In this document: piece after piece, positions 52,572 to 60,579 of the stretch
How positions within the stretch are numbered: the stretch's first letter is position 1
Layout of the letters: every line of letters starts with the position of its first letter
Assembly: GCA_943368005.1 (NCBI GenBank)
Contig: CALRKN020000008.1
Span: forward strand, 75,705-139,704
Reading direction: 5' to 3'
Length of the DNA: 64,000 bases
Source of the DNA: Bradyrhizobium ivorense
GTDB lineage: Bacteria > Cyanobacteriota > Cyanobacteriia > PCC-6307 > Cyanobiaceae
Position numbers and translations under genes: made by a program
Notes under the pieces: generated by a model
Seen by the model: the letters and a program-made list of their open reading frames with translations, nothing else
Told to the model about the DNA's origin: nothing
The model's database searches: none

Positions 52572-54059
52572 CTATGGGGCCAGCCATGGGGCCAGGCCAG
52601 CCAGATCGGAGCGAGGCTCAGCCCCGGCAGCCCGCAGACGCCGCAGGACCGCCCGCTCCAGTGCCACCAGGGGAGGATCACTCCAGGGCTCGAATCCGCC
52701 GGACCAAAGACCCTCTTCGGCGATCAGATCGGCGCCCTGATCCAGGGGTGGGCTGAAGGGAGCCTCAACCAGCAGCCACTGCCACTGCACACCCTCTGGC
52801 AGGGGCAGTTCCCGCACGGCGGGCTCCCACTCCAACGGCGCCCACAGCTGGAGGGGGGCGGCCGCCTGCAGGACCTCCAGCCAACCGGGCGGCCACTGGG
52901 GCGCGTTGGGCCAGCCCGGGCCGAACACGTCGGGATCGGCCAGCAGCAGGTGGCGGCTCTCCAGTCGCTCCGGGGCCGCGACCGCAAACCGCCCCGGGTC
53001 GGCCACCAACAGGGCGGGCCCCACTGGCAACGGTGACGCCGCAGCCTGGGTCTGCCGATGCAGCGCCAGACGCCAGACCCGCAACTGTTCGCGGTAAATG
53101 CGATTCCAGAGAAGGGGGTCAGCCACGGCCGTGCTGCGCTGCTCGCCCGGTTCGGGCTCCAGCCAGGGCCAGGTGAGCCAGGGTTTGGGGCCGGCAAAAT
53201 GAATCACCGACAAGCCTTCGGCGCAACCCCCGAGGAACTTCACCAGATACTTCACATTGCAATTGAAGTTCAATGGCATCAAGTCAACGGGTTGATCTAC
53301 GAGGAAAAGATTCCACACTTTCTGATCAGCAAAGCGATCCAACAGGGGGCATACCGGCTCAGCTGCCCGCTCGATCAGCCGTTCAAAACGGTGCTGCTCG
53401 GCATCGCACAGCGACCAGCCGGGCACGGAGAGCACACCGGAATTCAGCACGGGGCGCTGGGTGAACGGCGAGATAGCTGCCCAAGGCCGATCTCCGCAAT
53501 CCGGCACCGCGCGGAACTGCTCACCCTCAGCCCAGAGCGGATCGAGGGCAGCGGTGATCAACAGATCCGCGTCCAGCACCACCACCCGCCGATACCCCCG
53601 CAGCGCGAAGGCCTGGCCATTGAGATAACCGAGCATGCCGATCCGCTGGCGATTGCGCGAATCGGTGGGCACCTGCGCAGCCCAGTCTGGCTGGGGCTGA
53701 ACAAAGTGAATCGCTGGGTGAATGGTTTCCAGCCTGCGCTGGAGAAAGGAACCCAGGCTGCCGTCGTGCACCACCCACACCGGAGCGGTGAGCTGGGGAT
53801 ACGTCGCCCGCAGACTCAGAAGCATGGCCTCCAGTCCCCGGTAGAAGCGATCGTTGGCAACCGTGAGGAATGCCACGTTCGGCCCAGGGTCTAGGGGGTC
53901 GAAGCAACGGTGGTGGCGACTGGGCCAGTGCAAGTCCCCCAGGAGCTCCTGTTCACTGCGACGCAGCGGCCCCCCCCGCAAACGCAACTGCTCAGCCTGT
54001 TGCCGGGCAGCCTGCTCCAGCTCCCGACGACAGAGCCAGCCGTAGGCATCTTCACTCAA
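52572..54059 (-). CDS. Glycosyltransferase family 8 domain protein (495 aa)
   Basis: NVAFLTVANDRFYRGLEAMLLSLRATYP, VVVLDADLLITAALDPLW (DxD), VIHFAGPKPW. The TTG start overlaps the kpsE stop by 4 nt. Confidence 0.75.
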   Translation of the reverse strand: MSEDAYGWLCRRELEQAARQQAEQLRLRGGPLRRSEQELLGDLHWPSRHHRCFDPLDPGPNVAFLTVANDRFYRGLEAMLLSLRATYPQLTAPVWVVHDGSLGSFLQRRLETIHPAIHFVQPQPDWAAQVPTDSRNRQRIGMLGYLNGQAFALRGYRRVVVLDADLLITAALDPLWAEGEQFRAVPDCGDRPWAAISPFTQRPVLNSGVLSVPGWSLCDAEQHRFERLIERAAEPVCPLLDRFADQKVWNLFLVDQPVDLMPLNFNCNVKYLVKFLGGCAEGLSVIHFAGPKPWLTWPWLEPEPGEQRSTAVADPLLWNRIYREQLRVWRLALHRQTQAAASPLPVGPALLVADPGRFAVAAPERLESRHLLLADPDVFGPGWPNAPQWPPGWLEVLQAAAPLQLWAPLEWEPAVRELPLPEGVQWQWLLVEAPFSPPLDQGADLIAEEGLWSGGFEPWSDPPLVALERAVLRRLRAAGAEPRSDLAGLAPWLAP

Positions 54060-55375
54060 CGGCGATCAACAATCCCAAGAACAAACGAACTGAGTCCCCA
54101 GACCACAACCAATCCCCCCAGGCTGGCCAGAAAACCCTGCCAGCGCCAGTCGATGTACTGCAGTTCGGGCAAGACCGGCTCAGCCAGCCGCACCAAGAAC
54201 TTCACCTGCTTCTGGCTGTTCTGACGACTGTTGTTTGCCGCTGTGATCGCTGATTTGAGCGCTTCGGTGGCCAGCACCACCTCCGTCTCCAGTTTGGAGC
54301 CCTCGGCCACCACCCGGTTCAGGTCCCGGCCTTCCGGATTCACCAGCTCGGCACGCTCCTCCTGAATCAGACGCTCCAATTCACGGACCTGATCGGTGAT
54401 GTAGGCAACTTCAGGCGTGGAGTGGTCCTTGAACTGACGCTTGAGGCTGGCTTCCTGAACCCTCAGATCCACCAACTGGCTTTCCAGAGCCGTGATGTAG
54501 CTGGTAGTGCCGGCGGCTGACTGGGCTGGGTCCAGCTCACCGTACTGATTCTTGAACGCATTGAACGCCAGCAGGGCCCCATCCAGGCGCTGACGGGACC
54601 GTTGCACTTCCTGCTCGGCAAACCGCTGCTGGGTGGTACTGATGCTCTGGTTCACACGGTTGAGAAAGACTTCGGCCTCCTCAAGCAACAATTGGTTGAG
54701 ACGAAAAGCAGGTTCGGGAGCCAGGCCAATGGTGGAGAGATTGATCACCCCCGTGAGGTCCTGGGGAACCACGAACACCTGGCGCCGAAAGAACGCGATC
54801 TGCTGGTCGAGATTGGCGTCCTGACGCAGGCCAGCAAAGGGGTCCCGGCTATCGCGAGCCCAGGTCTTCTCCGGGTTGAGGCGGAGAAACACCCGCTTCA
54901 TCACCTCCGGGGAAGTGAGATACACCGCCAGGAATCTGCCATCTTCCAGGGAACCGAGCATGGTGGGGCCGGCCAGGGTAGTGCCCAGCAAACTGGAACC
55001 CGTGCTCGCCGGCGCCTCCGGCAGCCGCACAATGAAACTGGACTCAACCTGAAAACGGTTCCGGCCGATCGAAAAGAAATAAACCGCCGAACCAACGGCT
55101 ACGAGGCCCGCCATGATCAGGGGCCAGGGCAGGCGGATCACAGGCTCCAGCGGAGCTTTCAAACGCTGCCGCAAACTGAGGCCCGTCACTGAAGGGTTTC
55201 GCACGATGGGAGTGGCTTCAGTTTCCGGGTCAGAGCCACGTCTAGACCGCATGGAGTGCGAGCCCATGGCGGCGATCCAGCGCTGCAGAGGATGGATCAC
55301 GATGCGAGATGCGCGGCGATGGAGAGAAGGCAACGGGTTGCGGGAAATGCGGGAACGAAACGACTGGATCACCAT
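54056..55375 (-). CDS. kpsE: Capsule polysaccharide export inner-membrane protein KpsE (PCP-3)
   Basis: N-terminal TM (WPLIMAGLVAVGSAVYFF), FQVESSFIVR block, a long coiled periplasmic region, and a C-terminal TM (GFLASLGGLVVVWGLSSFVLGIV). Located next to kpsM. Confidence 0.8.
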   Translation of the reverse strand: MVIQSFRSRISRNPLPSLHRRASRIVIHPLQRWIAAMGSHSMRSRRGSDPETEATPIVRNPSVTGLSLRQRLKAPLEPVIRLPWPLIMAGLVAVGSAVYFFSIGRNRFQVESSFIVRLPEAPASTGSSLLGTTLAGPTMLGSLEDGRFLAVYLTSPEVMKRVFLRLNPEKTWARDSRDPFAGLRQDANLDQQIAFFRRQVFVVPQDLTGVINLSTIGLAPEPAFRLNQLLLEEAEVFLNRVNQSISTTQQRFAEQEVQRSRQRLDGALLAFNAFKNQYGELDPAQSAAGTTSYITALESQLVDLRVQEASLKRQFKDHSTPEVAYITDQVRELERLIQEERAELVNPEGRDLNRVVAEGSKLETEVVLATEALKSAITAANNSRQNSQKQVKFLVRLAEPVLPELQYIDWRWQGFLASLGGLVVVWGLSSFVLGIVDRR

Positions 55376-55494
55376 GTCACCACCACACCGAATAGCACTT
55401 CATGGTAACAGTTGATACCAAGAGAGAAGAACCCATAACCAGGAGAGAAGCTTTATACACCTGGATCAGACTTGTCCACCGGGACACATCACAC

Positions 55495-56337
55495 TCACAC
55501 ATCATCAGCATCATCCGAATCAGACTGGGCCTTGTCCACAGCAAACAACAATTCCTCGTTGTTGCCATAGATAAACAAACCTAGCCCTACGGAGCCGACC
55601 ACCCAGGCCCAGAAGTAAGGCGCGCTGACTCCTGGAGCGGGGTAGGAAGGGCTAGCGGCGATTCTCATCAATTCAATCCCGTGGGCGATCGGATTCCACA
55701 GAATCCAGGGCCGCACCACATCAGGCACGAAGCTGATGGAGAAAAAAACGCAGGAAGTCCAGAGCAAGATGCGCCTCAGGAACATCTTTACAACCCAAGC
55801 GACGAAGGGCAAGCGATGGCCAATGATCAACGTAACCAGACCAACTCCAAATCCGAGCATGGAGATACCGATGAACAAGAACACAGCATGGCCAATGTCT
55901 TGCACGGCAAATTGCCACTCCCACAGAGAAACTCCAAACACAAAAGCGAGCACAAGCAAGCCAAAGATTTGAGACAAAAGCAGCGTATTGCCCAGCAAAG
56001 AGTCCAAGGGCTTTAAGCGGCGATAAAAATAGAGTTCGCTATTCTTTTCAACGCCACTGATTGCCTTAATTGCAATATCTGAAAACATGAAAAAAGGAAC
56101 GAACCCCAGCGCCATCCAAAGCACCGCGTTCATGTAGTGGTCATCTCCGGACCCTCCCAGAAAAATCCGCAGGGCGAGAAAAGTGGCGATCAAAGCAAGA
56201 GGCTCAATAAAAACCCCCACCAGGCCGAAGGTACCCTTCTTGGCCCGCAATTGCATTTCCCGACGCGCCACCGCGCCAACCACCCGCAGCTGCAGCAACA
56301 ACTGGGACAACACAAGCCTGGGGGTGACGCGCCGCAT
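55495..56337 (-). CDS. kpsM: Capsule polysaccharide ABC-2 type transporter permease KpsM
   Basis: The start at MRRVTPRLVLSQLL overlaps the upstream stop by 1 nt (TGATG). Six hydrophobic spans give ABC-2 topology: FGLVGVFIEPLALIATFLALRIF, FGLLVLAFVFGVSLW, GISMLGFGVGLVTLIIG. GC is lower than in the neighbours. Confidence 0.85.
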   Translation of the reverse strand: MRRVTPRLVLSQLLLQLRVVGAVARREMQLRAKKGTFGLVGVFIEPLALIATFLALRIFLGGSGDDHYMNAVLWMALGFVPFFMFSDIAIKAISGVEKNSELYFYRRLKPLDSLLGNTLLLSQIFGLLVLAFVFGVSLWEWQFAVQDIGHAVFLFIGISMLGFGVGLVTLIIGHRLPFVAWVVKMFLRRILLWTSCVFFSISFVPDVVRPWILWNPIAHGIELMRIAASPSYPAPGVSAPYFWAWVVGSVGLGLFIYGNNEELLFAVDKAQSDSDDADDV

Positions 56338-57407
56338 CAGGGAACTGACCCTGCCTGAACAGCCATCGTAGGGGTGCTGCGCTGCAGCGCCCGGGCCAGG
56401 TGCCGGTTCTGGCTGGCCAGATCCAACAGAGCACTTCGCACCAGCTCCTCCAGCCTCTGGCGCTCCGTACCATCCGCCGGAGGCTCGAACACACGCCGGT
56501 AAAAGGGCAGCTCCGGCATCCGCTGCCGCCAGGGGCAGCCCCACACCTGCAGGGCAAAGGCATCGTTCGCGCTGGCGTAGTGGGCCGCAACCGCAGCGGC
56601 GGCCGGGGCATCAAAGCCGCAATAGCGATCCTGCTGCCAGCCCTCCCGCTCGGCAATCCGCCGCACCGGATCTCTCGCATTGGCCAGGGAGCGCCCCTCG
56701 ATCCCCAGCTCATCGAGCTGCTCACCAATCCGCTGGGCCAGCCACACGCCCCCCGAACCAGGCTGCACGTTCCCCTTGTCCGGGTCGGCCGGACGCCAGC
56801 CGCCCTCAGGTGGAAGGTGCCCCAGGGTGGTCAGGAGGCGATCGAACGGATCTCCCCAGGAACTCCCGTAGGGCAGGAAGGTGCAACGGATGCGCGAATC
56901 ATCAATTAAAGCAGAAAAGAGATGGTTGTAGTCGTAGATATGGCGACGCTCGACCAACTGACATTCAACATAGGCATCAAAAGATTGATGGTGGTAAAGC
57001 CGACGAGTGGAATGGACAAAGCGTGCGTTGATGTAATCCGGCTGATCCCTCAGAAACAACAGCACGTGCAGCCCGAAGCCCTCCGCCTCGAGCAGATCCG
57101 TCAGGGCTCGATGACGACGGCGGTTAGCCAGTGGTTGGGTGAACTGCTCCCCGCTCACGAGCACCAGCTCTCCCGTGGGGGGCAAACCGCGCAGATACCG
57201 GATCCACTCGGGCCAGGCACGCTTGGCCAGGGCGGCGGCTAGGGGCTTATGTTTCTGTGCTGGGGTGCCTGGGTAGCGAAGCAGTACCCCGGCACGCTCC
57301 AGCTCGGCACCGTTGGCCGCCATGCGGCTCTGGATGTAGGAACTGGCGGTTTTGTGGGTGCCGGCATGGATCACCAACCAGCGTTTCTGAGCTGCCATCG
57401 GGGTCAA
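56337..57407 (-). CDS. Hypothetical protein, sulfotransferase-fold-like (family B, copy 1)
   Basis: 356 aa. WLVIHAGTHKTASSYIQ resembles a PAPS 5'-PSB loop (K-x-G/A-S/T-S/T). LFLRDQPDYINARFVHS resembles a 3'-PB motif. Paralog of 59526..60557. ATGA overlap with kpsT-like upstream and TGATG overlap with kpsM downstream. Confidence 0.6.
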   Translation of the reverse strand: MTPMAAQKRWLVIHAGTHKTASSYIQSRMAANGAELERAGVLLRYPGTPAQKHKPLAAALAKRAWPEWIRYLRGLPPTGELVLVSGEQFTQPLANRRRHRALTDLLEAEGFGLHVLLFLRDQPDYINARFVHSTRRLYHHQSFDAYVECQLVERRHIYDYNHLFSALIDDSRIRCTFLPYGSSWGDPFDRLLTTLGHLPPEGGWRPADPDKGNVQPGSGGVWLAQRIGEQLDELGIEGRSLANARDPVRRIAEREGWQQDRYCGFDAPAAAAVAAHYASANDAFALQVWGCPWRQRMPELPFYRRVFEPPADGTERQRLEELVRSALLDLASQNRHLARALQRSTPTMAVQAGSVP

Positions 57408-58264
57408 GCGCGGGATGCCGCCAAAAGTTCGTCTTCAGCTTCGTCCTCATCTTCCGCAGGATCAGCGCCACTTTGATCCACCATTTCGGAGATGCGTCGA
57501 CTCAGCATCTCCCGTCTCTCCAGCTTCTGCCGCCGCGACTCCTCCTTCACCAGTTGAAGACAGACTTCCGGATCTCCCCGGTAAACCAGTTGACCATCCA
57601 CCAGGGCCAGTCCTTCATCGCAGTAGTCGAGAGCGAGATTGGCCTGGCCATTGGCGCTGACAAGCAACGCGCGGCCAGCAATGCGACGCTCAAAACAGTC
57701 ACGGATGCGCACGGACTTCGGGTGAAGGCTGCGATGATCCCAACCTTTGAGGCGACCAACGGCGATCACGTCAAAATCAAAGGCAAGAGAAACGGCAAAC
57801 TTAAGTGCATCTTTCTGGGCATTGGGCCAATCTCCAAAAGGCTCGTGATAGATTCGATCAGAAACCCCAGACAATTCTTGAATCAGCCGGAGATCGGATT
57901 CAACCTGGCCCGGGGCGCTATACACTTCTGCCGCAAAACGAGCGTTCACATAGCCACTCAACTTGCCCGAGAAAGCCTCATTAGTGCCCAGGGGCCAGGA
58001 TACGGAACAGGAATGCTCCAGCGTGCCTGAATCGAGAGCCTCCACGCCACTGAGACAACCCACCAGCGCCCTGGATTCGGGACCATTTACAGCAAAAATC
58101 CCGAGTTTTTGACCTGGGAAAATATCCAGAGAAAGGTTGGTAAACGCGGGGTAGGTTTGATTGACCCCCTCCACAACCTTTTTTGAGGCGTCGCGCAACT
58201 GAACAATGGCGGTCGGCTGCACGGGGAGCGACCCTTGGGGCATGGATGCGGGCAGGCGGTGCAA
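57404..58264 (-). CDS. kpsT: KpsT-like ABC transporter nucleotide-binding-domain homolog with degenerate catalytic motifs
   Basis: Collinear with KpsT: FTNLSLDIFPGQKLGIFAVNG..., SWPLGTNEAFSGKLSGYVNARFAAEVY, LKFAVSLAFDFD. However, Walker A reads NGPESRA, the signature region reads WPNAQKD, Walker B/Glu reads FDVIAVGR, and the H-loop reads LVSANG. An alternative ATG start is at 58243. Confidence 0.75.
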   Translation of the reverse strand: MHRLPASMPQGSLPVQPTAIVQLRDASKKVVEGVNQTYPAFTNLSLDIFPGQKLGIFAVNGPESRALVGCLSGVEALDSGTLEHSCSVSWPLGTNEAFSGKLSGYVNARFAAEVYSAPGQVESDLRLIQELSGVSDRIYHEPFGDWPNAQKDALKFAVSLAFDFDVIAVGRLKGWDHRSLHPKSVRIRDCFERRIAGRALLVSANGQANLALDYCDEGLALVDGQLVYRGDPEVCLQLVKEESRRQKLERREMLSRRISEMVDQSGADPAEDEDEAEDELLAASRA

Positions 58265-58320
58265 GGCAGTGGAGCAACCCTAGCCTGGGTGCCCAACCCC
58301 ACTTGCCCAGCGGCACGCCC

Positions 58321-59535
58321 GTGACCCTTCTCCGTCGCCGCCAGCTGCTGATCGGGCTTGCCAGCGCCGGGCTGGCCGGCTCCCTGGCCAGGCAGCAATC
58401 GGCCCTGGGCCGTCCGTCGAATCTGGATGGGCGCCTGCTCAGCCTGCCGTTCGTTTCGGGCGAGGGCGGCTACAGCTGTTACCGCACCCCTGGGCTGGCG
58501 GTGAGCGCCCAGGACACGGTGCTGGCCTTCTGCGGCGGCCGGGTAGATGACTGCGGGGACGAGGGCAATATCGATGTGCTGCTGCGGCGCTCCAGCGATG
58601 GCGGCCGCAGCTGGGGCCCGCTGCAGGTGATCGCCAACGACGGGCCCAACCCCTGCAAGATTCCGCTGCCGGTGGTGTTGCCCGGGGGGCGGATTCTGCT
58701 GCTCTGGCTCTGGAATGCCTCGGTGGCGCGGGAGGCCGATCGGGGCACACGGTATGTACGCATCACCCATTCCGACGATGACGGCCGCAGCTGGGTTCCC
58801 TCCCGCGACATCACCGACCAGGTGCGACTACCTGGCTGGAAGTCCTGGTACGGGATCGGCCCGGGCCATGGAATCGTGAAACTGCTGGAACCGGCTGCCG
58901 GCCGGATCGTGGTGCCAGCGCGCCACAGCGTTCCCGGCCTGGGCGGGGCCTCCCACCTGCTGCTCTCCGACAACGGCGGCCTGAGCTGGCGGGTGGGCGC
59001 CGTGGCAGGTTTCCGGCCGTCCAGCGAATGCGCAGTGGCGGAACTGGGCGATGGCAGCTTGATGCTGAACAGCCGCAGCGGTGGCCAGCGGGTGGTGAGC
59101 ATCAGCCGGGACGGCGGCGAGACCATGGCCAGCAGCGGGCCGGAGCCCCAGCTGATCGAGCCAGCCAATGGCTGTCAGGCCAGCTTGCTCACCTACGCCT
59201 TTACGGCCAACCGTCAGGCCCTGCTGCTGTTCGCCAATCCGGCCGATGCGCAGCACCGCACCAACGGCCGACTGCGCCTCAGCCGTGACAACGGCCGGCG
59301 CTGGAGCCGGGGCTTCGCCTATGACCAGGGGCCGGGCAGCTTCAGCGGCTACAGCGACCTGGCCCGCTTCGCCAATGGCGACGTGGCCCTGCTAGCGGAA
59401 TCCGGAGCCAGCTTCGCCAAGGTCCGCGGCGCAGACAAGCGGCGCAACCGCCAGCTCCTGGACGGCCGGGGCGATCGGCGCCACGACGGCATCGCCTTTC
59501 AGCGGATTCCCTTTGCGCTGGTGGCTCAGGCCTGA
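58321..59535 (+). CDS. Exo-alpha-sialidase (GH33, BNR/Asp-box beta-propeller) with Tat signal peptide
   Basis: GTG at 58321 gives (M)TLLRRRQLLIGLASAGLAGSLA, a twin-arginine signal. RIP-like motif: CYRTPGL. Five Asp-boxes: SSDGGRSW, SDDDGRSW, SDNGGLSW, SRDGGETM, SRDNGRRW. The track ORF begins at 58183 and would overlap kpsT. Confidence 0.85.
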   Translation: MTLLRRRQLLIGLASAGLAGSLARQQSALGRPSNLDGRLLSLPFVSGEGGYSCYRTPGLAVSAQDTVLAFCGGRVDDCGDEGNIDVLLRRSSDGGRSWGPLQVIANDGPNPCKIPLPVVLPGGRILLLWLWNASVAREADRGTRYVRITHSDDDGRSWVPSRDITDQVRLPGWKSWYGIGPGHGIVKLLEPAAGRIVVPARHSVPGLGGASHLLLSDNGGLSWRVGAVAGFRPSSECAVAELGDGSLMLNSRSGGQRVVSISRDGGETMASSGPEPQLIEPANGCQASLLTYAFTANRQALLLFANPADAQHRTNGRLRLSRDNGRRWSRGFAYDQGPGSFSGYSDLARFANGDVALLAESGASFAKVRGADKRRNRQLLDGRGDRRHDGIAFQRIPFALVAQA

Positions 59536-60557
59536 TCGGCCAGCGGGGCCTCCTGCAGGCCAGCGGCGAGCAATTGGTCGACCAGGGCGAGCATCTGGCG
59601 GCGCTCCTCAGGGCTGCGGGGCCGCACGGGGCTGGCCTGGGGGGTGGGCCGGGGAAACAGCTCCCGCCAGTCGCAGCCCCAGACGCGGCGGGCAAAGCGG
59701 TCGTTGCTGGCGCCATAGCGGCGCTCGATGCGGGCAAGCAAAGGCTCATGGAGCCCCTGGAAAGGCTCGGCCGGCCAGCCCTGCTCAACGGCCAGCCGCT
59801 CCAGCTGCTCCCGGATCCGGGCCTTGCAGGAACTGCTGTTCCAGGCCATCGGGTACTGCTCAGCCAGCCGGCGGGCGATGCGCTGGGCAATCCAGACGGC
59901 CTGCCAGCCCGGTTGCACATTGGTCCCTTCGCTCAGGTGCCGCAGACCTTCGAGATCCGACACGCCCACCGCCTGCAGCAGCCGCTCACAGGGGTCCGCC
60001 TCGCCGGTGCGGAAGGGCAGGAAGCGGCACTGCACCTCGGGGCGATCCAGCACGTCCGCGAACAGCTCCAGGTAATCGCAGTTGCTCTCCCCACCTGTGC
60101 GCATGGTTTGCATCACATAGCGGGGGAAGGAAACAGCCAGATAGAAGCGCTTGAGCAGCTGGGTATAGCGGGAATTGAGGTAGGTGGGCTGATCCCGCAC
60201 GAAGGCCACCAGCTCCAGGCCCATGCCGGAGCGGTTGAGCAGGTGCAGCAGGTCGCCAAGCAGGCTGCCTTCACCGCCGCACCCCGGTTCCGTGAGCACG
60301 AGGGAAAGGATCTCCGCCGACACCAGCGGGCGACAGCCCTGGCGTTGGGCCTTGTGCAGCAGCTGCTCCCAGGGCTGGAGATCCCCCTGCCGCAGGGCCT
60401 TCACCAGCTCGAGGTGGTCGCAGCGGCGCTTGGGGTAGAGCAGTCGCTGCTGGCGCAGAAACGGCTGATTGCTCTTCAGCCGGTGCTGGATGTAGGTGGA
60501 CGCCGTCTTGTGGATGCCCACATGCAGGATCAGGGAGCGTGCGTCCACCCGTTGCAC
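59526..60557 (-). CDS. Hypothetical protein, sulfotransferase-fold-like (family B, copy 2)
   Basis: 343 aa. LILHVGIHKTASTYIQHRL and AFVRDQPTYLNSRYTQ. Collinear with 56337..57407, including C-terminal ASNDRFARRVWGCDWRELFP versus ASANDAFALQVWGCPWRQRMP. Confidence 0.6.
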   Translation of the reverse strand: MQRVDARSLILHVGIHKTASTYIQHRLKSNQPFLRQQRLLYPKRRCDHLELVKALRQGDLQPWEQLLHKAQRQGCRPLVSAEILSLVLTEPGCGGEGSLLGDLLHLLNRSGMGLELVAFVRDQPTYLNSRYTQLLKRFYLAVSFPRYVMQTMRTGGESNCDYLELFADVLDRPEVQCRFLPFRTGEADPCERLLQAVGVSDLEGLRHLSEGTNVQPGWQAVWIAQRIARRLAEQYPMAWNSSSCKARIREQLERLAVEQGWPAEPFQGLHEPLLARIERRYGASNDRFARRVWGCDWRELFPRPTPQASPVRPRSPEERRQMLALVDQLLAAGLQEAPLADQA

Positions 60558-60579
60558 AAGATGCAGCAGATGGTGAAGC

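Noticed and set aside
52547-52681. The longer version of the basic-protein ORF (start at 52681).
   Set aside because: The extra 45 codons overlap the 3' end of the upstream GT8 gene and are Trp/Gly/Cys-rich and atypical. The Met at 52546 (MGKDKRPVKRRR) gives a clean 25-nt intergenic gap.
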